Assembly (NCBI GenBank): GCA_947447955.1
Contig: CANFLS010000003.1
Location: forward strand, 21,048 to 85,047
Reading direction: 5' to 3'
From: Flavobacteriales bacterium
GTDB lineage: Bacteria; Bacteroidota; Bacteroidia; NS11-12g; UBA955
Length of the DNA stretch: 64,000 nt
Shown here: positions 40,387-49,727 of the stretch, one piece after another
Numbering within the stretch: the stretch's first letter is position 1
How the letters are laid out: every line of letters starts with the position of its first letter
The notes under the pieces: model-generated
The model's database searches: none
Seen by the model: only the letters and a program-made list of their open reading frames with translations
Told to the model about the DNA's origin: nothing
Position numbers and translations under genes: made by a program

Positions 40387-42102
40387 ATGAAAAAGCTACT
40401 TTTTTCAATCATATTTTTAGGGACAGTTTTTGTGTTGAATGCACAAAAAATACGTCATACAGAAATTTTAGGCCGTCCGACCGATAAAAGCATTACCGTT
40501 CAATTATTTTTTACGGAGGATGCCGATATTGCCGTTGAATATGGTACTTCTTCGGGGAATTATACCAATAAAACACCTTATGCTTCCTTTGTAGCGGGTG
40601 ATCCTGCTGAAATTGAGATTGGTGGATTAACCCCAAATACAAAGTATTACTACCGTGTAAATAGCAGAAAAACTGGATCAACCACAATAAGTTATCGTCC
40701 TGAATTTACATTTGTTACGGCAAAGCCAGCAAATACGCCATTTACCTTTGTAATTCAAGCGGATCCGCATTTGGATGCACAATCGGATACCAATATTTAT
40801 AAACTTTGCCTAAAAAATCAGTTAGAAGACAAGCCAGACTTTCAAATTGATTTGGGCGATATTTTAATGTCAGACAAATTGTTCGATCAAACCAAGAAAA
40901 TACCAAGAGATACCGTAACCTTTCGCAGTCATTTGATGCGTTCGTATTATGAGTTAATCAATCACTCAGTGCCTTTGTTTATTGCCTTAGGGAATCATGA
41001 AGGTGAAAGCGGATGGAATTTGAATGGAACTGCTCAAAATGTTGCAGTTTGGGGTACCGTTGATCGTAAAAAGTATTTTACCAATCCTGCACCCAATGGT
41101 TTTTACACCGGTGATACAATTGTTCATCCTTTTGTTGGTCAAAGAGAAAACTATTATGCTTGGGCATGGGGTGATGCACAATTTATTGTGCTTGATCCTT
41201 ATTGGTACACCAAGCCTAAGCCAGATTCATTGAATGGTTGGCGCTGGTCATTGGGTAAAGTTCAGTACGATTGGCTGAAAGCAACCTTAGAGAAAAGTAA
41301 TTCCAAATTTAAATTTGTATTTGCACATCAATTGGTTGGTGGCGATCCAGATGGCCGTGGTGGCGTTGAATATGCCGAAAGGTACGAATGGGGTGGAAAC
41401 AATTTAAATGGCAGCAGGGGCTTTGAAACAAGCCGTCCGGGTTGGTACAAACCCATTAAGGATTTATTCAAGGAACATAGGGTGAATGTATTTTTCCATG
41501 GGCATGATCATTTTTTTGCGAAGCAAGAAAAAGAATGTCTCATCTATCAAGAAGTGCCTCAACCAAGTCATCCTAATTTCATGAACGCCAGTTCTGCAAA
41601 AGCATATGGTTATTTGGAGGGACAAATTTTACCGAATTCAGGCCATATCCGTGTTTCGGTGGCTCCGGAAGGAGTGAAAGTTGAATATGTTAGAACCTAT
41701 TTGCCTAAAAACGAAACTGGATCAAGACACAACAAAGACGTTTCTGCCAGTTACTATATTGGAGCCAAAAATTGCTATGACTCTATGTCATCAACTGGAA
41801 TTCCTATTTTGTACAATAGCAATTATTCTGATGAAATTGCCTACCCAAATCCCTTCGAAAAAGAAACAACCATTCAATTTTCAGTGTTGAAATCTGAAAA
41901 TTTAAGTATTCAAATATTGAATAGCAACGGGCAAATGGTTCGGGAATTGATTGCAAATCAGAATATTCCTGTTGGGAATTACAAAGTAATTTGGGATGGT
42001 ACCAATACTTCAGGAGCCAATGTGAATTCTGGTATGTACTGGTATTCGATCAAGAGCAGTAGCAATGAAATTAAAACTGGAAAAATTATCTTAAACCGTT
42101 AA
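40387..42102 (+). CDS. second T9SS-secreted metallophosphoesterase (paralogue; FlgD-Ig-like CTD)
   Basis: Signal LNA-Q; ADPH, LGD, GNHE, AHQ, GHDH; CTD AYPNPF...IWDGTN..G..VNSGMYWY. Confidence 0.85.
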   Translation: MKKLLFSIIFLGTVFVLNAQKIRHTEILGRPTDKSITVQLFFTEDADIAVEYGTSSGNYTNKTPYASFVAGDPAEIEIGGLTPNTKYYYRVNSRKTGSTTISYRPEFTFVTAKPANTPFTFVIQADPHLDAQSDTNIYKLCLKNQLEDKPDFQIDLGDILMSDKLFDQTKKIPRDTVTFRSHLMRSYYELINHSVPLFIALGNHEGESGWNLNGTAQNVAVWGTVDRKKYFTNPAPNGFYTGDTIVHPFVGQRENYYAWAWGDAQFIVLDPYWYTKPKPDSLNGWRWSLGKVQYDWLKATLEKSNSKFKFVFAHQLVGGDPDGRGGVEYAERYEWGGNNLNGSRGFETSRPGWYKPIKDLFKEHRVNVFFHGHDHFFAKQEKECLIYQEVPQPSHPNFMNASSAKAYGYLEGQILPNSGHIRVSVAPEGVKVEYVRTYLPKNETGSRHNKDVSASYYIGAKNCYDSMSSTGIPILYNSNYSDEIAYPNPFEKETTIQFSVLKSENLSIQILNSNGQMVRELIANQNIPVGNYKVIWDGTNTSGANVNSGMYWYSIKSSSNEIKTGKIILNR

Positions 42103-42112
42103 TAAAAATCTT

Positions 42113-43732
42113 ATGAAAAGAATCGTCATCGTAATTTTGGCATTGTTGTCTGTTTCCATCGGGAACTTGGTTGCTCATTCAGCGCACTACGACAATGTAA
42201 ATACCAAACAATGGTATATTGAAAAGCAACATCAAGTGATTGATGCTACATTTTATTTCTCGAGAAACGATTCTGCGTTCTTTGAAAAATCAGATGGTTC
42301 AGTAATTGGCTTGCCAATAAACATTTTAACTGCGAATGATCAAAACTTCGTGAAAGCCAAGATTGTTGAAATTGAACAAATTAATAAGAAAATTGAACAG
42401 GTTAAATTAAAAAACACGGCTTCACAAATTCATACCCCAAAATTCAATTTGATTGAAGTTGGGCTATTTGTTTTGGGTGGACTGCTACTGTTGGTGTTAG
42501 CAAAAACGAACAAACGTTTGTTTGTGCCTATTGCCAGTGCATTTGTTTTGGTTTCATTTGTCGGATTCAAGTCTGGAAATATTGGAAAAAGGGCAACAAC
42601 CACAAGTCCTACATTTATGGATTCTGCTTTTTCATATTATAAACCATCTATCAATACGCGTTGGGACAACACATATTTTTACGTTGAATCAAAAGGCATT
42701 GCAGATCATGAAATGATGATTGGAATTACTTCTTGGCAACAACAAGTTCCTATTCCTCAATGTTATATTGGTTCTAATGCTTGGTCAATTCCATTGAATC
42801 CGGTAATTGCAACTACACCGGTTCCTGTAAATAACAAACATTTTTTACGCGGTGCCGTAGCCATTGCTGTCAATGGAATTGCAATCTTCAATCCATACAC
42901 CAACACCGGAGTTGATGCGTTTTTGGATGGTCAATTGGATAATTTTGGTGGACATAGCGGCCGTGCCGATGACTATCATTATCACATTGCGCCAACAGTT
43001 TTGTACAACAAAATTCCTAAAACATCTCCAATCGCATTTGCGTTAGATGGCTTTGCCATATATGGCACACTAGAACCAGATGGTTCTGCAATGAAAACAC
43101 TAGATGCAAATCATGGTCACTATGGAAGCAATGGAGCATACCACTATCACTCATCTTCGTCTGCTCCTTACATGATTGGGAATATGGTAGGTAAAGTAAC
43201 GGAGGATTCTACCTTGCAAATTATACCTCAGGCAGCTGCAAAAGGAGTTCGTCCTGCATTGACACCTTTGAAGGGAGCCGTAATTACGCATTGCTACCCT
43301 TATCCAACGGGAGATGGTTATAAATTGACATACACCGTAGGTTCAGAAAAGGATACCGTTGATTATAGTTGGACAAGTGCGGGTAAGTTTACCTATAAAT
43401 TTATTGTAAACGGGGTAACCACTGTAAATACTTACAATGGTTCAAAACCGTGCACCGTTCCTGTAACCTCTGCAGTAAATAACCTTCCCAAGGAAATCAT
43501 TTTGAATATTTATCCAAATCCAGCAACCGATATCGTGAATTTGTCTTTTTCTAATGAGGGACAAAAATCGTTGGTAAAGAAAATAGCCGTGATCAATTCT
43601 TTAGGGAAAGTTGTTTTTGCAACAGATAATTTCGTAAATAAAATTGATTTGAATCAATTCAGTAGCGGAATTTATTATATTTCAGTTGATATTGCAAGTC
43701 AATCGATTACTCAAAAAATAATCGTTCATTGA
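42113..43732 (+). CDS. YHYH-domain protein with SHD1-like N-domain, two internal TM helices and T9SS CTD
   Basis: GAVAIAVNG, LDNFGGH, DDYHYH, AFALDGFAIYG, LDANHGH, AYHYH; CTD IYPNPA...SGIYYI...TQKIIV. Confidence 0.82.
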   Translation: MKRIVIVILALLSVSIGNLVAHSAHYDNVNTKQWYIEKQHQVIDATFYFSRNDSAFFEKSDGSVIGLPINILTANDQNFVKAKIVEIEQINKKIEQVKLKNTASQIHTPKFNLIEVGLFVLGGLLLLVLAKTNKRLFVPIASAFVLVSFVGFKSGNIGKRATTTSPTFMDSAFSYYKPSINTRWDNTYFYVESKGIADHEMMIGITSWQQQVPIPQCYIGSNAWSIPLNPVIATTPVPVNNKHFLRGAVAIAVNGIAIFNPYTNTGVDAFLDGQLDNFGGHSGRADDYHYHIAPTVLYNKIPKTSPIAFALDGFAIYGTLEPDGSAMKTLDANHGHYGSNGAYHYHSSSSAPYMIGNMVGKVTEDSTLQIIPQAAAKGVRPALTPLKGAVITHCYPYPTGDGYKLTYTVGSEKDTVDYSWTSAGKFTYKFIVNGVTTVNTYNGSKPCTVPVTSAVNNLPKEIILNIYPNPATDIVNLSFSNEGQKSLVKKIAVINSLGKVVFATDNFVNKIDLNQFSSGIYYISVDIASQSITQKIIVH

Positions 43733-44973
43733 TGAGGATAAAATATCGAAACTTAATTTGTTTAATTGCGTTGTTTTTTTTCAATGCTGCTATTGCCCAA
43801 TACAAAGGAACAGGTTCTGTAACTCAGGGTAAAGCCACAGATATTTTGGTTTCGAATTTGTTTTCATGCACAGGTGGAAGGGTTGGCGGTTTGGCAAACA
43901 TCAAGTCAACCGATGGGTTAACTTGGAAAGTACCCGCCGATGTAAATTTCACCAATGCAAGTTTTCCTTTTTCCTCAGATTTACACAATAGTTGCATTGG
44001 CGTAAACAATACAACTACATCTCAGGCACTTTCGAAATTAACAGGCAGCGATATCGTAACCATTGATGCAAGTGGTGAAGTAATTACCGCTTTTGTATTT
44101 GCCGATAATTATTTTGAAATGTATATCAATGGCATTGCCGTAGGAAAAGACAAGGTTCCTTTTACCCAATTTAATTCTAGTATCCTGCGATTTAAAGTAA
44201 ACAGACCTTTTACAATTGCAATGAAATTGGTTGATTGGGAAGAGAACTTGGGTGTTGGATCAGAAAATAACAACGGTTTTGCATACCATCCCGGTGATGG
44301 AGGCATGGTTGCCGTTTTTATGGATGCTCAAAAGAATATTGTAGCCACAACAAACGACAAATGGAGGGCACAAACTTTTTATACTTCGCCAATCAAAGAT
44401 TTAACCTGTCCTGTTGAAAGTGGTAAATATCGCTTAACTTCCAATTGCGACATGACGGATGTAAACGATGGCAGTAAATATTATGGACTCCATTGGGCAA
44501 TTCCCAATGGTTGGGAAAATACGTCGTTTGTAGATACCATTTGGCCATTTGCAAGTATGTATTCGAATACAGAAATTGGGGTAAATAACAAACCGGCGTA
44601 TACCAATTTTGTGGATGTGTTCGACAATTCCGCCAACGATGCACAATTCATCTGGAGTAGCAATGTAATTCTAGATAACTTGGTTTTAACAAGATTTACA
44701 GTTCCTGCTTTAACCAATAGCACAGACCAAATTAAAGCACTGCAAAATTGGAAGCCCTATCCAAATCCAGTGAATGAAAAATTGCATTTGAATCTTGGTG
44801 ATATAAAAAACTATCAGCCTTTAGTTAAATTGAAAGATAGTAAAATGTCGAACCTGCTTACTTTGAATAAGCTCCAAGATGAAATCTCACTTGAAGGATT
44901 CCCTGCCGGAATTTATTTTCTTGAGGTATCTTGCATGAATAAAATTGAAGTTAGAAAAATTATTAAAAATTAA
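43732..44973 (+). CDS. uncharacterised T9SS-secreted protein (beta-sandwich/lectin-like)
   Basis: Signal AIA-Q; FADNYFEMYING, VDWEENLG, GDGG, AQFIWSSN; CTD PYPNP...AGIYFLEV...RKIIK. Confidence 0.7.
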   Translation: MRIKYRNLICLIALFFFNAAIAQYKGTGSVTQGKATDILVSNLFSCTGGRVGGLANIKSTDGLTWKVPADVNFTNASFPFSSDLHNSCIGVNNTTTSQALSKLTGSDIVTIDASGEVITAFVFADNYFEMYINGIAVGKDKVPFTQFNSSILRFKVNRPFTIAMKLVDWEENLGVGSENNNGFAYHPGDGGMVAVFMDAQKNIVATTNDKWRAQTFYTSPIKDLTCPVESGKYRLTSNCDMTDVNDGSKYYGLHWAIPNGWENTSFVDTIWPFASMYSNTEIGVNNKPAYTNFVDVFDNSANDAQFIWSSNVILDNLVLTRFTVPALTNSTDQIKALQNWKPYPNPVNEKLHLNLGDIKNYQPLVKLKDSKMSNLLTLNKLQDEISLEGFPAGIYFLEVSCMNKIEVRKIIKN

Positions 44974-44976
44974 ATT

Positions 44977-46179
44977 GTGATAAAAAATACTGCATTTTTA
45001 CTTCTTTCACTTGGTTTTTGCTCTTTAGTGTCGGCGCAAAAATCAGTGGTGAAATCTTTAGACAAATTGCCCGATACAGGCGAAACCACAAGTTACACAA
45101 ATACTTTTGGTGAAGATCACGATTATAACATCAATGTGCCGGGATTCAAATTGCTCACTAATGGAACTGTGATTGATACAATCACCAGTTTACAATGGCA
45201 AAAAACCGATGGGGGAGAAATGACCATCGAAAGTGCTGCAATATATTGTGATACGCTTACTTTGGGTGGCTACACCGATTGGCGTTTACCAACCGCAGCT
45301 GAAGGTTTTAGCATTATAAATCATCAATTTACCAATCCATCTTTGAATACTTCGGTGTTTACAAAAAACACAGCTGAATATTGGTGGACAAGCAACAAAC
45401 AGTCAAACGATGCTACTAAGATTTGGTGTACCAATGCTGGAGGGGGAATTGGCAACCATCCCAAAGCCGAAACAGTGAGTGCCGGTGGTACAAAGAAGTT
45501 TCATGTGAGGGCTGTAAGAAACACCCATGCCAATACAATCATTGCTGAAAGATATGTTTCAGTTGGCGATAGTTCTGTGTACGACAGTTTAAATAATTTG
45601 GTTTGGCAATTGAGTCCAATGCCAACCACCCTAACTTGGGAGGATGCCTTAATTGCTTCAGAGAATTTATATTTAGATGGTCATTCGGATTGGCGTTTGC
45701 CCAATATCAAAGAATTGCGATCTTTGAATGATGAAACATTGGTTCAGCCGTCAATCAACAAATCGGTGTTTCCAAATGTTACCGTAAATAAGTATTGGTC
45801 TTCAACTTCGTTGCCAAATCAAACTACAAAAGCTTGGTATTGGTCTAACGCTTTCGGAATAACAACCTACGATGTGAAAACAGTGGCCAATTATGTGCTA
45901 TGTGTAAGAACTCCAACAAAAGGAAATCTTTCCAACGTGCAATCAATGAAAGTTGGTAATATTAGAATTTATCCCAATCCTGCAAAAACTTCTGTTTTTG
46001 TTTTTTCTGAGGGACAAGGAACGGTTCAAATACTAGACATAACAGGAAAATCATTTCTTGAGCAAACCATTCAAAACGAGGTTGAGTCAATTTCATTGAA
46101 AGGCATTACTGCAGGAATTTATTTTGTTACCGTAAAAATTGGAAATAGCTCTCAAACCCAAAAGCTGGTAATTGAATAA
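44977..46179 (+). CDS. T9SS-secreted double DUF1566 (Lcl C-terminal) protein
   Basis: LPDTG...GEDHDY; two repeats of D..T.L.WQ...GYTDWRLPT / GHSDWRLPNIKEL...YWSST...VRAVR/VLCVR; CTD IYPNPA...AGIYFV. Confidence 0.82.
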   Translation: MIKNTAFLLLSLGFCSLVSAQKSVVKSLDKLPDTGETTSYTNTFGEDHDYNINVPGFKLLTNGTVIDTITSLQWQKTDGGEMTIESAAIYCDTLTLGGYTDWRLPTAAEGFSIINHQFTNPSLNTSVFTKNTAEYWWTSNKQSNDATKIWCTNAGGGIGNHPKAETVSAGGTKKFHVRAVRNTHANTIIAERYVSVGDSSVYDSLNNLVWQLSPMPTTLTWEDALIASENLYLDGHSDWRLPNIKELRSLNDETLVQPSINKSVFPNVTVNKYWSSTSLPNQTTKAWYWSNAFGITTYDVKTVANYVLCVRTPTKGNLSNVQSMKVGNIRIYPNPAKTSVFVFSEGQGTVQILDITGKSFLEQTIQNEVESISLKGITAGIYFVTVKIGNSSQTQKLVIE

Positions 46180-46189
46180 GAAATAGTAC

Positions 46190-47128
46190 TCAGTGGTGAT
46201 GACTTTCCTCTGCTTCAACTGGTGGAACGGGAATCTCATTGATTGTGCTTTGCTTTAAACTCAGATCAGGTTCGCCTGCCAAAATCCAGGCAGTATACCA
46301 ACTGCTTGCAACCATTCTTATTGCACTTTTCATACGGTTTTGAACCATTAATCCAACTTTTTCTTCGTATTGTTTGATAAAAAAAGCGCTTTCCTGTTTG
46401 ACAATTCGACCTCCTTTTTGCGCGAATTGATATTGCAAATTTTCAGGGGTTTGTTCCTTTGCCATTTTCTCATCATACAAAACTTTGTTTACCAAACCAT
46501 AACTTTCCTCAACGGCTTTCCAAATGCTATCGGAGTAGTTTCTGATGAAATTGACTTCGGAAATAAATATGGGATAATTGCTTAAATGATGCTCGGGAAT
46601 TTTGGATTCCCACAAAGAGTGAATGCCATGTTGGTTGGTTTTTTGTCCATTGTAATTAGAAGTGGTATGCAATGGAACATGCGCATCGGCAATGTAATGT
46701 CCCAAATCGGCTGAGAGTTTTAGTATTTTCTCAACGTTTTTCTCTTCAAAGGCTTTGGTTAGCCAATACATCATTTTGGCACATTGGTAAGGCACAATTC
46801 CATGTTTTAAAATGGTGTCTTCGGTGTATTTTGCAACTGCCAATTTCCAATCTTTGCAAATGGTATCTAGAGGAGCTGATTTCTCATAAAAATCACAATC
46901 TATGAAATGTTTACAAGCCTCTCCTTCAACCATGTTTCTTCGGCTATCGGCATCGGTTGCATGATTAACCAAATAGTCAACATGCAATTTGTAAAACTTA
47001 AATAAGGGTTGTGGCAATGCCAAGCAGGCATTTTGATTGATCGTTCTGTGAGATAAAAATCCCCAGCTTCTGATATTCCCCACTACACAAATCCCTAACA
47101 CAATCAGCAAACTGAGCTTTTTCATCAT
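46190..47128 (-). CDS. S1/P1 nuclease / zinc-dependent phospholipase C family protein
   Basis: Mature N-terminus WGFLSH, HFIDCD, LGHYIADAHVPLH, GIHSLWES. Confidence 0.85.
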   Translation of the reverse strand: MMKKLSLLIVLGICVVGNIRSWGFLSHRTINQNACLALPQPLFKFYKLHVDYLVNHATDADSRRNMVEGEACKHFIDCDFYEKSAPLDTICKDWKLAVAKYTEDTILKHGIVPYQCAKMMYWLTKAFEEKNVEKILKLSADLGHYIADAHVPLHTTSNYNGQKTNQHGIHSLWESKIPEHHLSNYPIFISEVNFIRNYSDSIWKAVEESYGLVNKVLYDEKMAKEQTPENLQYQFAQKGGRIVKQESAFFIKQYEEKVGLMVQNRMKSAIRMVASSWYTAWILAGEPDLSLKQSTINEIPVPPVEAEESHHH

Positions 47129-47850
47129 TCCACTCTTAATTTGGCTAAGTACATTTGAATGGTGTTTTGCAATCCCAAATATAGCGCATCGCAAACCAGT
47201 GCATGTCCAATGGAAACCTCAAGCAAACCAGGCAAATGCTTCGCCATATAATTTAAATTGTTCAGATCTAAGTCGTGCCCCGCGTTTAACCCAATTCCAA
47301 CTTTTTGCGCCTCAATTGCCGTTTCTAAATATTGCTGTAACGCCAATTCAGGGTTGTTGGGATAATTCACCGCATAAAACTCTGTATATAACTCAATTCT
47401 ATCGGCACCGCATGATTTGGCATAGGAAACCAATTCAGGTTGAGGATTTAAAAAAATGCTCACCCTTTGGGTACTTTGTTTTAATTCGGTAATGATTTCC
47501 GACAAGTAATCGTGAAATTTAATGGTATCCCAACCTGCATTGGAAGTAAGTGCATCTGGTGGATCTGGTACCAAGGTAACTTGCTCCGGTTTTACTTTAT
47601 GTATCAATTCAATGAAATCGGTAGAAGGATATCCCTCAATATTCAATTCAGTTTTAACCACTTCTTTCAATTCAATCACATCTTGGTATCGAATGTGGCG
47701 TTCATCTGGTCTTGGATGCACCGTGATTCCTTGCGCACCAAAAGCTTCACAGTCTTTCGCAACTTGAATTAAATTGGGATTGTTTCCACCTCTCGCATTT
47801 CTTAAAGTTGCAAATTTGTTGATGTTTACGCTGAGTTTAGTTTGTGACAT
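47125..47850 (-). CDS. pdxJ: pyridoxine 5'-phosphate synthase
   Basis: LSVNINKFATLRNAR, ITVHPRPDERHI, IELYTE, NAGHDL, EVSIGHAL. Confidence 0.96.
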   Translation of the reverse strand: MSQTKLSVNINKFATLRNARGGNNPNLIQVAKDCEAFGAQGITVHPRPDERHIRYQDVIELKEVVKTELNIEGYPSTDFIELIHKVKPEQVTLVPDPPDALTSNAGWDTIKFHDYLSEIITELKQSTQRVSIFLNPQPELVSYAKSCGADRIELYTEFYAVNYPNNPELALQQYLETAIEAQKVGIGLNAGHDLDLNNLNYMAKHLPGLLEVSIGHALVCDALYLGLQNTIQMYLAKLRVE

Positions 47851-49727
47851 TATTGAAAAGTAATTTGCACAAAAATACGATTGTACGATGCTTTTGTGTC
47901 GATAGTTGACATATTTTTTACATCTATTTTTTGCATTTTCTGCAACTTAATATACAGCCACATTTTTGAAATGATTCTTATTTTCACAATGGCATTGAAA
48001 TAAGTTCCAATGTTTGAATATACCATATAGCCCAATCCCCCCGGAAGTGAATTGTCTAAATTGTAAATGTTTGTAGAAGGGCAGTAGAACCAATTTTGCT
48101 CTGCCGATACGTTCAATCGCTTTCCTATTTTGGTATTTAACCCAACTTGAAACAAATAGTTTTTTACACTGCTTGAATTGTTCCATTTTTGAACAAATCC
48201 CCAGTGAACAGTATTGCTTAGGTTAACTTTGATGGTCTGATTGCATTGCAGTTGGTATAAAAATCCTTGGGCATTGTAAAATTCAGTTTCCCGTTTGAAC
48301 TGAATACTGAGTATGTCTGTTTTACTAAAAGAGTGATTGTAAATCACTATGTTTTTTATTGGGTTTTCATTGATTTCTTGATTGAATTGAGGTGTGTTGA
48401 ATTGAATCGATTGACCGCGTAATTTAATCTGATTTCGTTTGTTGAATTGATAATCAATTCCCATTTCAAAAATGGTTTCATTGGCGGTTGATTTTAATTG
48501 GTACGACATTTCTGGGGCAGAAAATTCTAACGGAATTGTTTGGATTCTAGCACCCAAATCCAACTGTTTGTTCAATGCCCAAACACCTGCACTACTCAAA
48601 CATGTTTTCTTGTAAATTTGATCAAAACTTGCATTGAATAACCACCTGCCTCCAATAAAATTTGGGACAGTAATTTGTCCCTCAAAATACAAAAACTTGT
48701 TGTTTTGCACTTTGGAATCGGTGGTATTTATTTTCGGAATGAGATAATTATATTGGGTAATGAGGGTGTTGAAAATTGCTTTAGTTGTAGTTTTTTGCCA
48801 ACCCAAAAAGGTTTGAAATTCGGTGTTGTTGTGTTTTTTTGAAACCTGATTCAGTGTTTGATGATAACCGCCAAATTGACGCTGATAAAAAGCATTTTCT
48901 TGCCAATTTAAGGTGCAATCAAATGGAATAAATCCCGTTCCAACATAAAAATCATGGCTGGATTTAGAAATATGTAACGCTGCACCCCAATGGCCTAAGT
49001 CCTCGCTATAACTGGCATACGGCTTAATACCAACTAGTTGGTTTGTCCAATTTTCAAGCGAAATTGGTGATCCAAATTGACCGCTGCTCCCCATCGTGAA
49101 ACCCCTGTTCCATTGCACATTGTATTTGCCCAAAATGAGTGATTTTAACGTCGATAAATCTTTCAAATGAAGGTAGCCCGAATAGAAATCCAACGGTTTT
49201 TCATAGGCATCATTTTCTATGCTTATTCCCAACTGGATATTTTTATTATAGGTGATTTTTGTTTTCATTTCAAACCCAATTATGTCGCTTTGGGCATCTT
49301 TGGGTTTTTCAAAAGTTGCAGGTTTGAATCTTCCACTGAAAGTGGATTTTGGTTCGTCGGGTTTGTAAATGTTTTTGATTTGAGTGCTTATGGATTTCTC
49401 AAAATGCAGCCATTTATAAATGGTATTTATCTGCTCAATGTTCAATTTGCATTGAACCAATTCTTGGGGTGAAATAAAATTCCCAAACTCAATTCTATGG
49501 GCTACAATGGAGCCACATTGCTGATGGTTAAAACAACCCGTTTCTAATAATTCTTCCTCTGAAAATTGGTTGATGTAAATGGGATGATGTAGCACATCAA
49601 TTTCCCCCATCGAAGGTTGCCCAATAATTTCTTGGGGAAGTTCATTGTTGTTGTTGATTTCAATTTGAGGGTAAAGTTTGCCGAACAAAATCAATCCCCA
49701 CAGGCTCAGTAACACTTTTTTGTTCAT
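47850..49727 (-). CDS. diverged ComEA/helix-hairpin-helix-domain outer-membrane protein
   Basis: PIYINQFSEEEL...IVAHRIEFGNFISPQEL HhH-like segment; ENDAYE..DFYSGY, LILGKY...GFT; C-terminal aromatic beta-strand. Confidence 0.6.
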   Translation of the reverse strand: MNKKVLLSLWGLILFGKLYPQIEINNNNELPQEIIGQPSMGEIDVLHHPIYINQFSEEELLETGCFNHQQCGSIVAHRIEFGNFISPQELVQCKLNIEQINTIYKWLHFEKSISTQIKNIYKPDEPKSTFSGRFKPATFEKPKDAQSDIIGFEMKTKITYNKNIQLGISIENDAYEKPLDFYSGYLHLKDLSTLKSLILGKYNVQWNRGFTMGSSGQFGSPISLENWTNQLVGIKPYASYSEDLGHWGAALHISKSSHDFYVGTGFIPFDCTLNWQENAFYQRQFGGYHQTLNQVSKKHNNTEFQTFLGWQKTTTKAIFNTLITQYNYLIPKINTTDSKVQNNKFLYFEGQITVPNFIGGRWLFNASFDQIYKKTCLSSAGVWALNKQLDLGARIQTIPLEFSAPEMSYQLKSTANETIFEMGIDYQFNKRNQIKLRGQSIQFNTPQFNQEINENPIKNIVIYNHSFSKTDILSIQFKRETEFYNAQGFLYQLQCNQTIKVNLSNTVHWGFVQKWNNSSSVKNYLFQVGLNTKIGKRLNVSAEQNWFYCPSTNIYNLDNSLPGGLGYMVYSNIGTYFNAIVKIRIISKMWLYIKLQKMQKIDVKNMSTIDTKASYNRIFVQITFQ

